Source of the DNA: a virus
Lineage: Duplodnaviria; Caudoviricetes
Reading direction: 5' to 3' (one strand)
Virus record (IMG/VR): IMGVR_UViG_3300027898_000001
Length of the DNA stretch: 64,000 nucleotides
In this document: piece by piece, positions 35,720 through 45,185 of the stretch
Position numbering within the stretch: position 1 is the stretch's first letter
Layout of the letters: each line of letters begins with the position of its first letter
Made by a program: the position numbers and the translations under genes
The notes under the pieces: generated by a model
What the model saw: the letters and a program-made list of their open reading frames with translations, nothing else
Databases searched by the model: none
What the model was told of the DNA's origin: nothing

Positions 35720-37399
35720 ATGTTTCTATCATTGTCATCTATTGAACGAGCTTCCGCAGATGCTTACATGAAGTTAATGTTAGCATTGGCATTATCTTAT
35801 GAGTTTGACTACGACCAGAATTTTTATCGTAAAATGACTGCGTGGCGTAAAGCTGCGGAACCTTTTATGAAGCAGTTTCGTATAAAGACTAAAGATTTGG
35901 ATATTGCTTACCGAAACATCATTGCAAACAAAGGTCCAGAGAATGATGTTACCCACGAATCTACTGTAGAAGCGTTTCGTGAAATGCAATTAGCTAAACC
36001 TAAATTTGAAAAAGAACTCGATTTAACTCGTGATGATCTTCGTTTTCTAAACGATATGCGGTTAGTAGCTTTGAAAGATTCCGAACAGGCTAAAATTCGT
36101 ATCGCAAAAGAACTCAGTCGATTCAATGATCCTGATTTCAATAGCATGTTTGCCGAAGATCACGAAAGTACAGAAGACGTACAGAAAGAATTAAAGGCAC
36201 TTGTTCAGAAGTTTGGTAAAGTTAGTGGGCTTATTATGCCAACTACTGTATTAGAATCTTGGCAAGAATATGCAAAGAATCGTGGAAAGAAATTGCCGCA
36301 GCATGAGCGTTATTTAGAACTAACTCGTACCTTACGTGAAAGTTACAAGAAGCGTCTACGTTCGCTTATACTAAGTAGCGACAAACCTTATTTACCTGTA
36401 TCTGATGTTATTCGTACACTTGATTCAGAAGGTGTACCACATAACTTACCTAGTAACTTCATTGGTAATATAGACGCTGAAGGTAAGTTTTATACTACTT
36501 CTGGGAAAAGATTGTTGCAAGCACCTAGTGGTGATGTGTTAATGAATCCGGAGTATGACCCTAAGAAAGACAACTCTTATGTGTGTTCATTTACCCCAGC
36601 GTTTGCACAAGCACCTACACGAGCGTATACTGAAAACTATCGTAGTTCTGCCAAGCAAAGCAAGTTTGACGTTGTTATGGAAGCACTACCTTTAATACCC
36701 GCCGCCGCTAAGAAATGGCGTAGCGCTATGGCTAAACCCAATACCAAGGCAGGTATTCTAGCTACGTTAGCGGAATTGATTTATGAGACTAGTGCTCGTG
36801 TAAGTAGTAAAGTAGCGATGACTGGTGGAGAACGTACATTTGGTGCCACAACATTGCAAGTGCAACATATAAAGTTTAGCGATAGTGTTATCAATATCGT
36901 GTATACAGGTAAGAGTGCAGGTAAACAACATCACGTTATTAAACTCACTACACCCGCTTTAAAACGTCTTGCAGCTAACTTAAAAATCTATTGTATAGGT
37001 AAAGCAAAGACTGATCCTGTATTTGAGTACAAAGATCGTACTGTCACAGGTACGGCGGTATCTAACTACTTGCGTACATTAGGATTACCTGACGGATTCA
37101 CTGTACATAAATTCCGTACTATTCGTGCCACTGAAATGGCCAACGATGTATTGAAAGCCTGCCCATTTAAGAAGGGTGGACAGTGGACAGATAAGCAAGT
37201 ACACCAGTGGGTTGAAGGTGAGATACTGAAAGTAGGTATCGCACTAGGTCACATGTCGGGTGAGAAGTATACAGCAAACACTGCTATACAAAACTATGTA
37301 GACCCTGGTATTCTGAAAGCATTTTATGATAAATTGGGTATTCGTCCTAATCCTAAAATACAAAAAGCTATTGACAGCATAAACAAACATGAGAAATAA
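35720..37399 (+). CDS. type IB DNA topoisomerase with long N-terminal extension
   Basis: Catalytic pentad in order: YETSARV (R), FGATTL...YTGKSAGK (K), HKFRT (R), ALGH (H), TAIQNYVDP (Y). Confidence 0.9.
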   Translation: MFLSLSSIERASADAYMKLMLALALSYEFDYDQNFYRKMTAWRKAAEPFMKQFRIKTKDLDIAYRNIIANKGPENDVTHESTVEAFREMQLAKPKFEKELDLTRDDLRFLNDMRLVALKDSEQAKIRIAKELSRFNDPDFNSMFAEDHESTEDVQKELKALVQKFGKVSGLIMPTTVLESWQEYAKNRGKKLPQHERYLELTRTLRESYKKRLRSLILSSDKPYLPVSDVIRTLDSEGVPHNLPSNFIGNIDAEGKFYTTSGKRLLQAPSGDVLMNPEYDPKKDNSYVCSFTPAFAQAPTRAYTENYRSSAKQSKFDVVMEALPLIPAAAKKWRSAMAKPNTKAGILATLAELIYETSARVSSKVAMTGGERTFGATTLQVQHIKFSDSVINIVYTGKSAGKQHHVIKLTTPALKRLAANLKIYCIGKAKTDPVFEYKDRTVTGTAVSNYLRTLGLPDGFTVHKFRTIRATEMANDVLKACPFKKGGQWTDKQVHQWVEGEILKVGIALGHMSGEKYTANTAIQNYVDPGILKAFYDKLGIRPNPKIQKAIDSINKHEK

Positions 37400-37814
37400 T
37401 ATGAACCAATTTAGTTGTCCTCAAAGAATAACCGTTGCCGCAGATTGTCCTGACAGTTGGCAAGAGCGTTGGAAAGATACTTGGCCATCCGAACTTGGTG
37501 TAGCTCCTGTTGCGTGTAGTTATTGTGGATGTATTCGTCCTGAGGATGCTATACGTATAATCGAAGCTGGGTTTGAAATATCACCAAGCACTAAATCGTA
37601 CAAATGGTATATAGAAGTTCCAGGCCACGCTAAACATCATAAGATGACTATAAGTGCTATACAGAACGATCAATTAGATTCTATTAAAGATCATAAATTG
37701 ATAAGTGTGGGTTTGCCTATTAAACTGTATGCTCACCATCTAACTCCCGAACAAATATCAGTGTTAAATAATCTATGGGAACGTCAATGTAAAGCACCTA
37801 CTGAGGAGCAATAA
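37389..37814 (+). CDS. hypothetical protein with CxxC
   Basis: ACSYCGCIRPEDA. Confidence 0.7.
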   Translation: MRNNMNQFSCPQRITVAADCPDSWQERWKDTWPSELGVAPVACSYCGCIRPEDAIRIIEAGFEISPSTKSYKWYIEVPGHAKHHKMTISAIQNDQLDSIKDHKLISVGLPIKLYAHHLTPEQISVLNNLWERQCKAPTEEQ

Positions 37815-37815
37815 A

Positions 37816-38241
37816 ATGACCTTAGTATTATCTACACCTTACAAGAAACCTCAAGTTAGTATTCCACCATTTCCTTACTACGCAGCGTCTACTTACTTGA
37901 ACGCTTCTCAATACAATACGAGTGCAAAACTCATAGCACTCGCTACAGGTCAGATGACAAGTGACACTACTGGTGATACATTTACTCTGGATACTGGTAC
38001 TACAAAATATGGGTACTTTTTCAGTCCTGTATCTAATGGCGCAATACAGTTTACCGAGATAAATTCAAATCTGCTTGGAGGTTGGGATGGTGCTACGTGG
38101 GCGGATGGTGATATTGGTAGTACGAATGGTCCTGCCACTATATCGTTAGACTTCGGTGCAGGTCCTTCTGATTGGTACGTATATAGAACAGACTTTGCCG
38201 GTATAGGCATTGTTACTTGGAAACTACGATACTTGAGCTAA
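37816..38241 (+). CDS. single-domain GGWDGA/YRTDF protein, putative structural
   Basis: KYGYFFSP...GGWDGATW...WYVYRTDF, the same unit as five repeats in the 2262-aa protein. Confidence 0.8.
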   Translation: MTLVLSTPYKKPQVSIPPFPYYAASTYLNASQYNTSAKLIALATGQMTSDTTGDTFTLDTGTTKYGYFFSPVSNGAIQFTEINSNLLGGWDGATWADGDIGSTNGPATISLDFGAGPSDWYVYRTDFAGIGIVTWKLRYLS

Positions 38242-38246
38242 CTATT

Positions 38247-38483
38247 ATGATACCTATTAGTATGTCTGTTAATATTCCAAAGTCTCGTTTAGAAGATTCA
38301 CTAGAAGATAGTGAATTAGTAGATGCGGAACTACTTAATCCTGATGCGGAAGCACCTCCGAGAGCAACACAGACTGGTCAGTTCGGAGTCACTGATGTTC
38401 ACGTTACAAACGCGAATTGGCTCGGTAGATTAGATCGCGATATACCTCCTAGAAGACGCAGGACATTGCCTGTCACAAAATAA
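38247..38483 (+). CDS. small acidic protein
   Basis: ATG 38247 (MIPISMS) 6 nt after the previous stop. Confidence 0.55.
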   Translation: MIPISMSVNIPKSRLEDSLEDSELVDAELLNPDAEAPPRATQTGQFGVTDVHVTNANWLGRLDRDIPPRRRRTLPVTK

Positions 38484-38492
38484 GGTCATTCT

Positions 38493-38954
38493 ATGAAAAG
38501 TAATGGAGCCGCTATAAATTTTACTCTACAGCGTCTAGCGAATTTTCCAGACGCTGAAAATGGTGAGTTGTGTATCATATACGGGAATGCGGATATTGCA
38601 TCTGGCATCTATTGTTACTACGATACGATCACTGGTTGGAAACTAATACACCCAGTTGAGGCTTCACCGAACACGATCCTCTCCTTATCTGATGTCGGCG
38701 TACAAGCAGTTGCTAATGGTTATTTGCAATGGGATGCTCAGGCAAATAAAGTAGAATTTGTTACTGCGATTCCAGCTAGTGCTATTACAGGACTAGCGAC
38801 TGTGGCTACATCAGGTGATTATGAAGATTTACAAAATAAATATACATTGCCATCTGCAACACAAAGCGAACTAGGTGGTGTTAAAGTAGGTACAGGGTTA
38901 TCCGTGGATAATGAAGGACAATTAACAGTATCTATGGATGGCGGAGCATTTTAA
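38493..38954 (+). CDS. fibre-associated structural protein ending DGGAF
   Basis: FPDAENGEL N-domain; ATVATSGDYEDL; LGGVKVGTGLSVD. Confidence 0.75.
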   Translation: MKSNGAAINFTLQRLANFPDAENGELCIIYGNADIASGIYCYYDTITGWKLIHPVEASPNTILSLSDVGVQAVANGYLQWDAQANKVEFVTAIPASAITGLATVATSGDYEDLQNKYTLPSATQSELGGVKVGTGLSVDNEGQLTVSMDGGAF

Positions 38955-39045
38955 GTTATTTTGCACAGTAATTTCTGTATTAGATAGCCTTATATTAGGT
39001 TTACCCTACAATCTAATCTAGTTACATATTTATAGGAATATTTTA

Positions 39046-40695
39046 ATGTCGAATACTATCTTATTAAAAAGATCATCTGTACAAAATAAAGCACCGTTAG
39101 TGTCAGATTTAAGTCTAGGTGAACTAGGCATTAATACATACGATGGCAAACTGTATCTTAGAAAAAACAATGGTGTTGATTCTATTGTCGATATTACAGG
39201 CAATGAAACAATTACTGTTTCTGGTGATGTTACAGGGTCAGGCTCAACGGCTATTACTTTAACATTGGCTAACTCTGGTGTGTCTGCCGGCTCATATTCT
39301 AAGGTAACTGTAGACACAAAGGGTCGTGTAACAGCCGGTAGTGCTATTGCATCGGCTGACGTTACAACTGCACTTGGATTTACTCCATACAACGCTACAA
39401 ACCCAAATGGCTATACGAGTAATCTTGGTACTGTAACTTCATTCGCATTCACAAATGCTAATGGCTTTACGGGTACTGTGAGCACAGCAACTACAACACC
39501 AACCTTAAGTTTGTCATTACAAAATGCGAGTGCTACACAAGCTGGCCAGTTGTCATCAACAGATTGGGCTACATTTAATAGTAAGCAAGCGGGTAACGCT
39601 AACTTAACAAGTGTTGCAGCGTTATCCACATCAACAACAGGTTTAATTAAGTTTACCAACGGTGTGGCATCATTAGACACCAATACATATATTACCGCAG
39701 CTACTGCACCAGTTACAAGTGTAGCTGGACGTACAGGTGCTATCGTACTGACCTCGGCAGACGTAGGTTTAGGTAACGTAAACAATACGTCCGATGCGAA
39801 TAAGCCTGTATCAACTGCTACACAAACTGCATTGAATTTGAAAGTAGATGCTAGTCAGTTGGGTGTTGCTAGCGGTGTTGCAACATTGGATGCTACTGGT
39901 AAGTTACTAACTGCACAAATTCCTAGTGCATTGCTTGGTGCTACTGTTTACCAAGGTGTGTGGAATGCTAGTACAAACACGCCTACACTTGTCTCAGGCA
40001 CAGGTACAAAAGGACAGTATTACAAAGTCAGTGTTGCAGGTACTACAAGTATAGACGGTAATGCTAACTGGACTGTAGGTGACATTATTATATATAATGG
40101 TACCACTTGGGATGCTATTCAAGGTGGTACGTCTGATGTTAGTTCTGTATTTGGGCGCGTAGGTGCTGTTACATTACTCGCGGCTGACGTTACAACTGCA
40201 TTGGGATTCACACCTTACAACGCTACAAACCCAAACGGATATATCACTGCTGCAGGTGCTCCTGTACAAAGCGTTGCCGGACGTACTGGTACTGTTGTAT
40301 TAACCTCAGCAGACGTAGGTTTAGGCAATGTCAATAACACATCTGACGCTAACAAACCTGTAAGCACTGCACAGCAATCAGCATTAGATGCTAAACAACC
40401 GTTATTATCCGGTACAGGATTTGTAAAAAGTACAGCAGGTGTTATTACATACGACACTACAACTTATTTAACTGGTAACCAAAGCATTACAATTTCCGGT
40501 GATGCAACTGGTAGCGGTACTACTGCTATTACGCTAACTTTAGCCTCAAGCGGTGTGACTGCGGGCACTTATAAATCTGTAACTGTTGATGCCAAAGGTA
40601 GAGTAACAGCAGGAACTAACCCTACTACTATTGCAGGGTTTGGTATCACTGATGCCGTATCAACTTCATCTACTATAGATGGTGGTGCTTTCTAA
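39046..40695 (+). CDS. tail/collar fibre protein ending DGGAF
   Basis: TILLKRSS...LGELGINTYDGKLY N-domain; SGDATGSG / AGTYKSVTVDAKGRV / VTSVAGRTG repeats. Confidence 0.85.
   Translation: MSNTILLKRSSVQNKAPLVSDLSLGELGINTYDGKLYLRKNNGVDSIVDITGNETITVSGDVTGSGSTAITLTLANSGVSAGSYSKVTVDTKGRVTAGSAIASADVTTALGFTPYNATNPNGYTSNLGTVTSFAFTNANGFTGTVSTATTTPTLSLSLQNASATQAGQLSSTDWATFNSKQAGNANLTSVAALSTSTTGLIKFTNGVASLDTNTYITAATAPVTSVAGRTGAIVLTSADVGLGNVNNTSDANKPVSTATQTALNLKVDASQLGVASGVATLDATGKLLTAQIPSALLGATVYQGVWNASTNTPTLVSGTGTKGQYYKVSVAGTTSIDGNANWTVGDIIIYNGTTWDAIQGGTSDVSSVFGRVGAVTLLAADVTTALGFTPYNATNPNGYITAAGAPVQSVAGRTGTVVLTSADVGLGNVNNTSDANKPVSTAQQSALDAKQPLLSGTGFVKSTAGVITYDTTTYLTGNQSITISGDATGSGTTAITLTLASSGVTAGTYKSVTVDAKGRVTAGTNPTTIAGFGITDAVSTSSTIDGGAF
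40198..40235 (+). repeat. 38-nt exact direct repeat, copy 1 (copy 2 at 41949-41986)
   Basis: GCATTGGGATTCACACCTTACAACGCTACAAACCCAAA in both fibre genes. Confidence 0.9.
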
Positions 40696-40710
40696 GGATA
40701 GTTATGTTAT

Positions 40711-40743
40711 ATACAGTGGATATTTGATTATCATCCACTGTAT
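40711..40743. promoter_or_regulatory. intergenic 11-bp perfect hairpin
   Basis: ATACAGTGGAT / ATCCACTGTAT with 11-nt loop; no + strand U-tract. Confidence 0.6.
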
Positions 40744-40799
40744 CCAAAAATTGCAATAATGCAATCTTATTTTATTAACTTCTATGCGGAGTATGCTGT

Positions 40800-43091
40800 A
40801 TGTTACAGGACGGAATTGAATTAGCTGAAGGTTCTGAGATTAAAAATGACAGTGTTGCTAAAGGCAGCGTATTTCCAGATAATTCAAATACTGGTGAATT
40901 ATTTTATATTGATAATACGTCCAACTCTAATGCTGTTGGTTTGCACGTATATGGTACATCATGGAAAAGACTGCTAGAAGAGGGAGATTCTTCAGGTAAT
41001 GCGTCACTGCCTGCAAATACTGTAGCTGGTACATATAAATCTGTAACTGTAGACGCTACAGGTATTGTGCTGTCTGGATCAAACCCAACTACACTAGCTG
41101 GTTATGGTATTACAGACGCACAAGCCGCGTTAGGTTTTACACCATACAACGCTACAAACCCAAACAACTATACAAGCAACTTGGGCTCTGTTACCACATT
41201 TGCATTTACTAGTGCTAACGGTTTTACTGGAAGTGTTAGTAATTCCAGCACTACTCCTACACTATCACTTACATTACAAAGTGCAAGTGCAACACAAGCT
41301 GGACAACTATCGTCCACTGATTGGAACACATTCAACGGTAAACAAGCAGGTAACGCTAATCTGACTAGTGTTGCAGCCTTGTCCTCAGCATCTACTGGTT
41401 TAGTTAAGTTTATTAACGGTGTTGCGTCCTTAGATACCAATAGTTACTTGACTGTAGCACCAGTTACTAGTGTTGCAGGTCGTATTGGTGATATTACTCT
41501 TGCAAAAGCTGACGTTGGATTGTCAAATGTTGATAATACCTCAGATACTAACAAGCCTGTAAGCACCGCCCAGCAAACAGCTTTGAATTCGAAAGTAGAT
41601 AACAGTCAATTAGGTGTCGCTAATGGTGTGGCAACATTAGGTAGCGATGGTAAAATTGCCTCAGGCCAATTACCCGCAGCGATTGTAGGTGCGACTATTT
41701 ATCAAGGCACTTGGAACGCTAGTACGAATACTCCTACACTTGTAGCTGGTACAGGAACCAAAGGTTATTATTACAAAGTAAGTGTTGCAGGCAACACTAG
41801 CATCGATGGCAACTCAAATTGGACTGTCGGCGATATTATCATATTCGACGGAGTTACTTGGGATGCGATACAGGGCGGAACTTCAGACGTTAGTTCTGTG
41901 TTTGGTCGTGTAGGCGCTGTTACGTTGTTATCTTCTGATGTTACCTCAGCATTGGGATTCACACCTTACAACGCTACAAACCCAAATGGCTTTACTAATA
42001 ATACAGGTACTGTTACCTCATTCTCATTTACTAATGCTAATGGTTTCACAGGCAGCGTAAGTAATTCCGGAACTACTCCTACACTATCCCTTACGATGGC
42101 AACAGCGAGTGCTGTTATATCAGGTCAGTTGAGTAGCACAGACTGGACTACATTTAATAGTAAACAAGCTGGTAATGCGAACTTAACAAGTGTTGCTGCA
42201 TTATCAACGGCAGTTACCGGATTAGTTAAGTTTACTAACGGTGTGGCATCTTTTGATACTAGCTCTTATTTAACAGGTAACCAATCTATAGCAGTTTCTG
42301 GTGATGCAACTGGTAGTGGTACCACAGCTATTACATTAACCTTAGCTAACACAGGTGTTTCCGCAGGTTCATATTCTAAAGTAACTGTTGATGCCAAAGG
42401 TCGTGTTACTTCAGGTACTAATCCAACTACTCTGTCTGGTTATGGTATTACGGATGCGCAATCAGCACTATCCGGTACTGGTCTAGTTAAGAGCACTGCT
42501 GGTGTAATCACATACGATACCAACACCTACTTAACCGCTAACCAATCTATCACAGTATCTGGTGATGCAACTGGTAGTGGTACCAACGCTATAGCACTTA
42601 CTCTTGCGAATAGCGGAGTATCGGCTGGTACTTATAAATCGGTAACAGTGGACGCAAAAGGTAGAGTAACAGCAGCAACTAACCCAACAACTATTGCTGG
42701 TTATGGCATTACAGATGCAGTTAGTACAAGCACACCTATTGCTATGTCTAACCAACCTATCAGTGGCGTTAAAACTGTTACGTTTAACAGTCAACCAGTA
42801 TTAGCTACAACAACTGGCACTATCGCTGTAGACTGGACTGCTGCTAATGCTTACAAGCAGACACAACCTACTGGTGCTATCACTTACACGTTTACGAACC
42901 CTGCTGGTCCATGTCATTTACAAATGTACGTTGATTCTAGCGGTGCTAGTACAGCACAAACATTCACATGGCCAGCTGCTGTGATTTGGTTTGGTGCAGT
43001 ATGGGCAGGTGTGAACAACAAGAAAGCCATTATTAACTTCTGGTATGATGGTAGTGGTAACTACTATGCTACTGGCATGAATCAGGTGTAA
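40800..43091 (+). CDS. tail/collar fibre protein
   Basis: Shares long blocks with 39046-40695 (ALGFTPYNATNP, YQGTWNASTNTPTL, SGDATGSG); distinct C-terminal TFTWPAAVIW domain. Confidence 0.85.
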   Translation: MLQDGIELAEGSEIKNDSVAKGSVFPDNSNTGELFYIDNTSNSNAVGLHVYGTSWKRLLEEGDSSGNASLPANTVAGTYKSVTVDATGIVLSGSNPTTLAGYGITDAQAALGFTPYNATNPNNYTSNLGSVTTFAFTSANGFTGSVSNSSTTPTLSLTLQSASATQAGQLSSTDWNTFNGKQAGNANLTSVAALSSASTGLVKFINGVASLDTNSYLTVAPVTSVAGRIGDITLAKADVGLSNVDNTSDTNKPVSTAQQTALNSKVDNSQLGVANGVATLGSDGKIASGQLPAAIVGATIYQGTWNASTNTPTLVAGTGTKGYYYKVSVAGNTSIDGNSNWTVGDIIIFDGVTWDAIQGGTSDVSSVFGRVGAVTLLSSDVTSALGFTPYNATNPNGFTNNTGTVTSFSFTNANGFTGSVSNSGTTPTLSLTMATASAVISGQLSSTDWTTFNSKQAGNANLTSVAALSTAVTGLVKFTNGVASFDTSSYLTGNQSIAVSGDATGSGTTAITLTLANTGVSAGSYSKVTVDAKGRVTSGTNPTTLSGYGITDAQSALSGTGLVKSTAGVITYDTNTYLTANQSITVSGDATGSGTNAIALTLANSGVSAGTYKSVTVDAKGRVTAATNPTTIAGYGITDAVSTSTPIAMSNQPISGVKTVTFNSQPVLATTTGTIAVDWTAANAYKQTQPTGAITYTFTNPAGPCHLQMYVDSSGASTAQTFTWPAAVIWFGAVWAGVNNKKAIINFWYDGSGNYYATGMNQV
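41949..41986 (+). repeat. 38-nt exact direct repeat, copy 2
   Basis: Identical to 40198-40235. Confidence 0.9.
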
Positions 43092-43096
43092 TTATT

Positions 43097-45127
43097 ATGG
43101 CTAATAGATTTTATATAGCAGCTAGTGCAAACCAGATTTGGGATGCCAGTAATACTGCATGCTGGTCAACTACAAGTGGAGGCGCTGGAGGCGCTTCTAT
43201 CCCTACCGCGTCGGATGCCGTAATCTTCGATGCAAACAGTGGAAGTTTTCAATGCAGTATAACAACAGGTATTTGTGCATCAATTACAACTACTAGTTAC
43301 CCTGGTACGTTAGTTTGGACCAATACATCAAGTACATTATCCTTATTAGGTTCGATGACGCTGACAAAAGTAATTGGCGGTGCTATCGGAACATTAAGTT
43401 TTGTTCCTACTACAGGTTCTTTTACTATAGCATCCGCAGGTTTTTTAAGCAATTCAAATATTGTATTTGGTACAGGCTCTAATGCTATCACATACACATT
43501 TAGTAGTGCTTTTTCTTGTCAGACTGTTACTATCAAGAATTTGTGTACCATAGTTACAAATGGTGCAACTTGTAACTTTGTAAACTTTAATACAAACACA
43601 GGTGCCGTATTCAGTCCAGCGACTTCGCCGATAACTGTAACTGGTACATTTAATCCAGCATCAGGTACATTTTCTAGTGCTACATCTAGTACGTTGAATG
43701 TTGTTACAGGCTGGAATGCAGCGTTGACTCTAGGGACAGTTAATATTACACCATTAGTATCCACTACGGTTAATATTCAGCAGAACTGTTCGTATACTAA
43801 CCTGCATTTAGTGCTGAACAATCTAAATGTTTATTTAGTTGATTTTTTCAACACAACCCAGACTGTAACAAGTGCGTTTTCTATGGCAGGTCAGGCCAAA
43901 TATCCAAGAGTACGCAATGTTACTATGTCTGTTAATGGTACAGTTTCAGGTAGTGCTGTATTACTGTCTAACTTTACCGCAGCCGGTTCAGCGAACTGGT
44001 TCACTAGCTTGCAAAGCCAGCATGTGGGTAATTTCCAAACTGGAAACGATGGTCCCGTATCCGGCTCTAGTATTACTCTCGATGCTGGTGTTTCAGTAAA
44101 TCAAATTGCTAGTGGTGATTGGTTCAGCTCATCTACGTGGTCTAATGGTTGGCCTCCACTTCCAGATGATTCTGTGACGCTGAGTCCGGGACTATCATTA
44201 ACTAACACATCTGGAAATCCTATATTTATACATGATATAACGTATAATGGTTCAGGTAATTATACTGCAACTAACTTGGGACCTATAACATTAAAAGCTG
44301 GATTAAGTACAGTTAATAACCCTGTACCCATATCTAATGGAAATTCAGGAGCATTTCCAGATTTAGTGTTGGGTTCACCTACAACAGGATCGTTTGGATT
44401 TGGTAGTGGTAATGGTTGGATCTATCTATCCTTGACTGTGGCCTGTATTTCCGGTGCTACGTATATAAACTCTAATAACTTTACAGTGCTAGGTGCACTT
44501 ACTGTTAATTCTGGAGGTATTTCACTTAGTGGTTCTACTGTATTACTAGGCAGTCTAGTAAGTACGTCTGGGTCGGTCAGAACAGCTAACCTAGGTGTAA
44601 ATACGCTGAAACTAACAGGGTCTGGTACTGTTTTGGATATGTCGTCCACAAACTTTACTTGGAACGCTCCAACAGTATTAACATTTGCACCTACAGCTTC
44701 ACCAGCGTCTGTTACGTTAAATGGTGGAAATTTAACCTACAATACACTGACTTTAGCAGGTGCGTCAATTACTACCTTTAATATAAACGGTAATAATACA
44801 TTTGCTAACTTGAACAGTACAAAAGCTGCTGCCCATAGTATTTTATTCGCATCTGGCAGCTCTAATACATTTGCAGGTTGGTCCGCCGCAGGTGCTGCTA
44901 GTTATCTAGTTACTATAGGTGCCCAATCTGGAACATTCACTCTTGTTAAATCTGGTGCTTCTGTCATATCGCTTGATTATATAAATGTGTCTAATTCTAA
45001 TGCGACACCTGCGAATAAATGGTCTGCAGGCACTAACTCGATTGATGGGGGTGGTAACACTGGTTGGATATTTACAGGTGCGGGTTCAGGTGCCTCTAAA
45101 GGTCTGTTCTTTGGAGCGTTCATTTAA
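43097..45127 (+). CDS. beta-helix-like structural/adhesin protein
   Basis: NRFYI...WDASNTACWSTTSGGAGGASIPTASDAVIFDANSG; T/S/G/N-rich repeats. Confidence 0.75.
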   Translation: MANRFYIAASANQIWDASNTACWSTTSGGAGGASIPTASDAVIFDANSGSFQCSITTGICASITTTSYPGTLVWTNTSSTLSLLGSMTLTKVIGGAIGTLSFVPTTGSFTIASAGFLSNSNIVFGTGSNAITYTFSSAFSCQTVTIKNLCTIVTNGATCNFVNFNTNTGAVFSPATSPITVTGTFNPASGTFSSATSSTLNVVTGWNAALTLGTVNITPLVSTTVNIQQNCSYTNLHLVLNNLNVYLVDFFNTTQTVTSAFSMAGQAKYPRVRNVTMSVNGTVSGSAVLLSNFTAAGSANWFTSLQSQHVGNFQTGNDGPVSGSSITLDAGVSVNQIASGDWFSSSTWSNGWPPLPDDSVTLSPGLSLTNTSGNPIFIHDITYNGSGNYTATNLGPITLKAGLSTVNNPVPISNGNSGAFPDLVLGSPTTGSFGFGSGNGWIYLSLTVACISGATYINSNNFTVLGALTVNSGGISLSGSTVLLGSLVSTSGSVRTANLGVNTLKLTGSGTVLDMSSTNFTWNAPTVLTFAPTASPASVTLNGGNLTYNTLTLAGASITTFNINGNNTFANLNSTKAAAHSILFASGSSNTFAGWSAAGAASYLVTIGAQSGTFTLVKSGASVISLDYINVSNSNATPANKWSAGTNSIDGGGNTGWIFTGAGSGASKGLFFGAFI

Positions 45128-45140
45128 CAGTTATACCAAT

Positions 45141-45164
45141 AAGGGTACTATATAGTACCCTTTT
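45141..45164 (+). terminator. Rho-independent terminator
   Basis: Perfect palindrome AAGGGTACTATATAGTACCCTT running into a T tract. Confidence 0.8.
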
Positions 45165-45185
45165 CTATGCGCAGGAATATTCCTA

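Noticed and set aside
40711-40743. Terminator call for the 11-bp hairpin
   Set aside because: Followed by CCAAAAA rather than a U-tract; kept as an unassigned hairpin
39046-43091. CRISPR-like array from recurring DNA repeats
   Set aside because: Repeats are in-frame coding modules, irregularly spaced and degenerate at third positions
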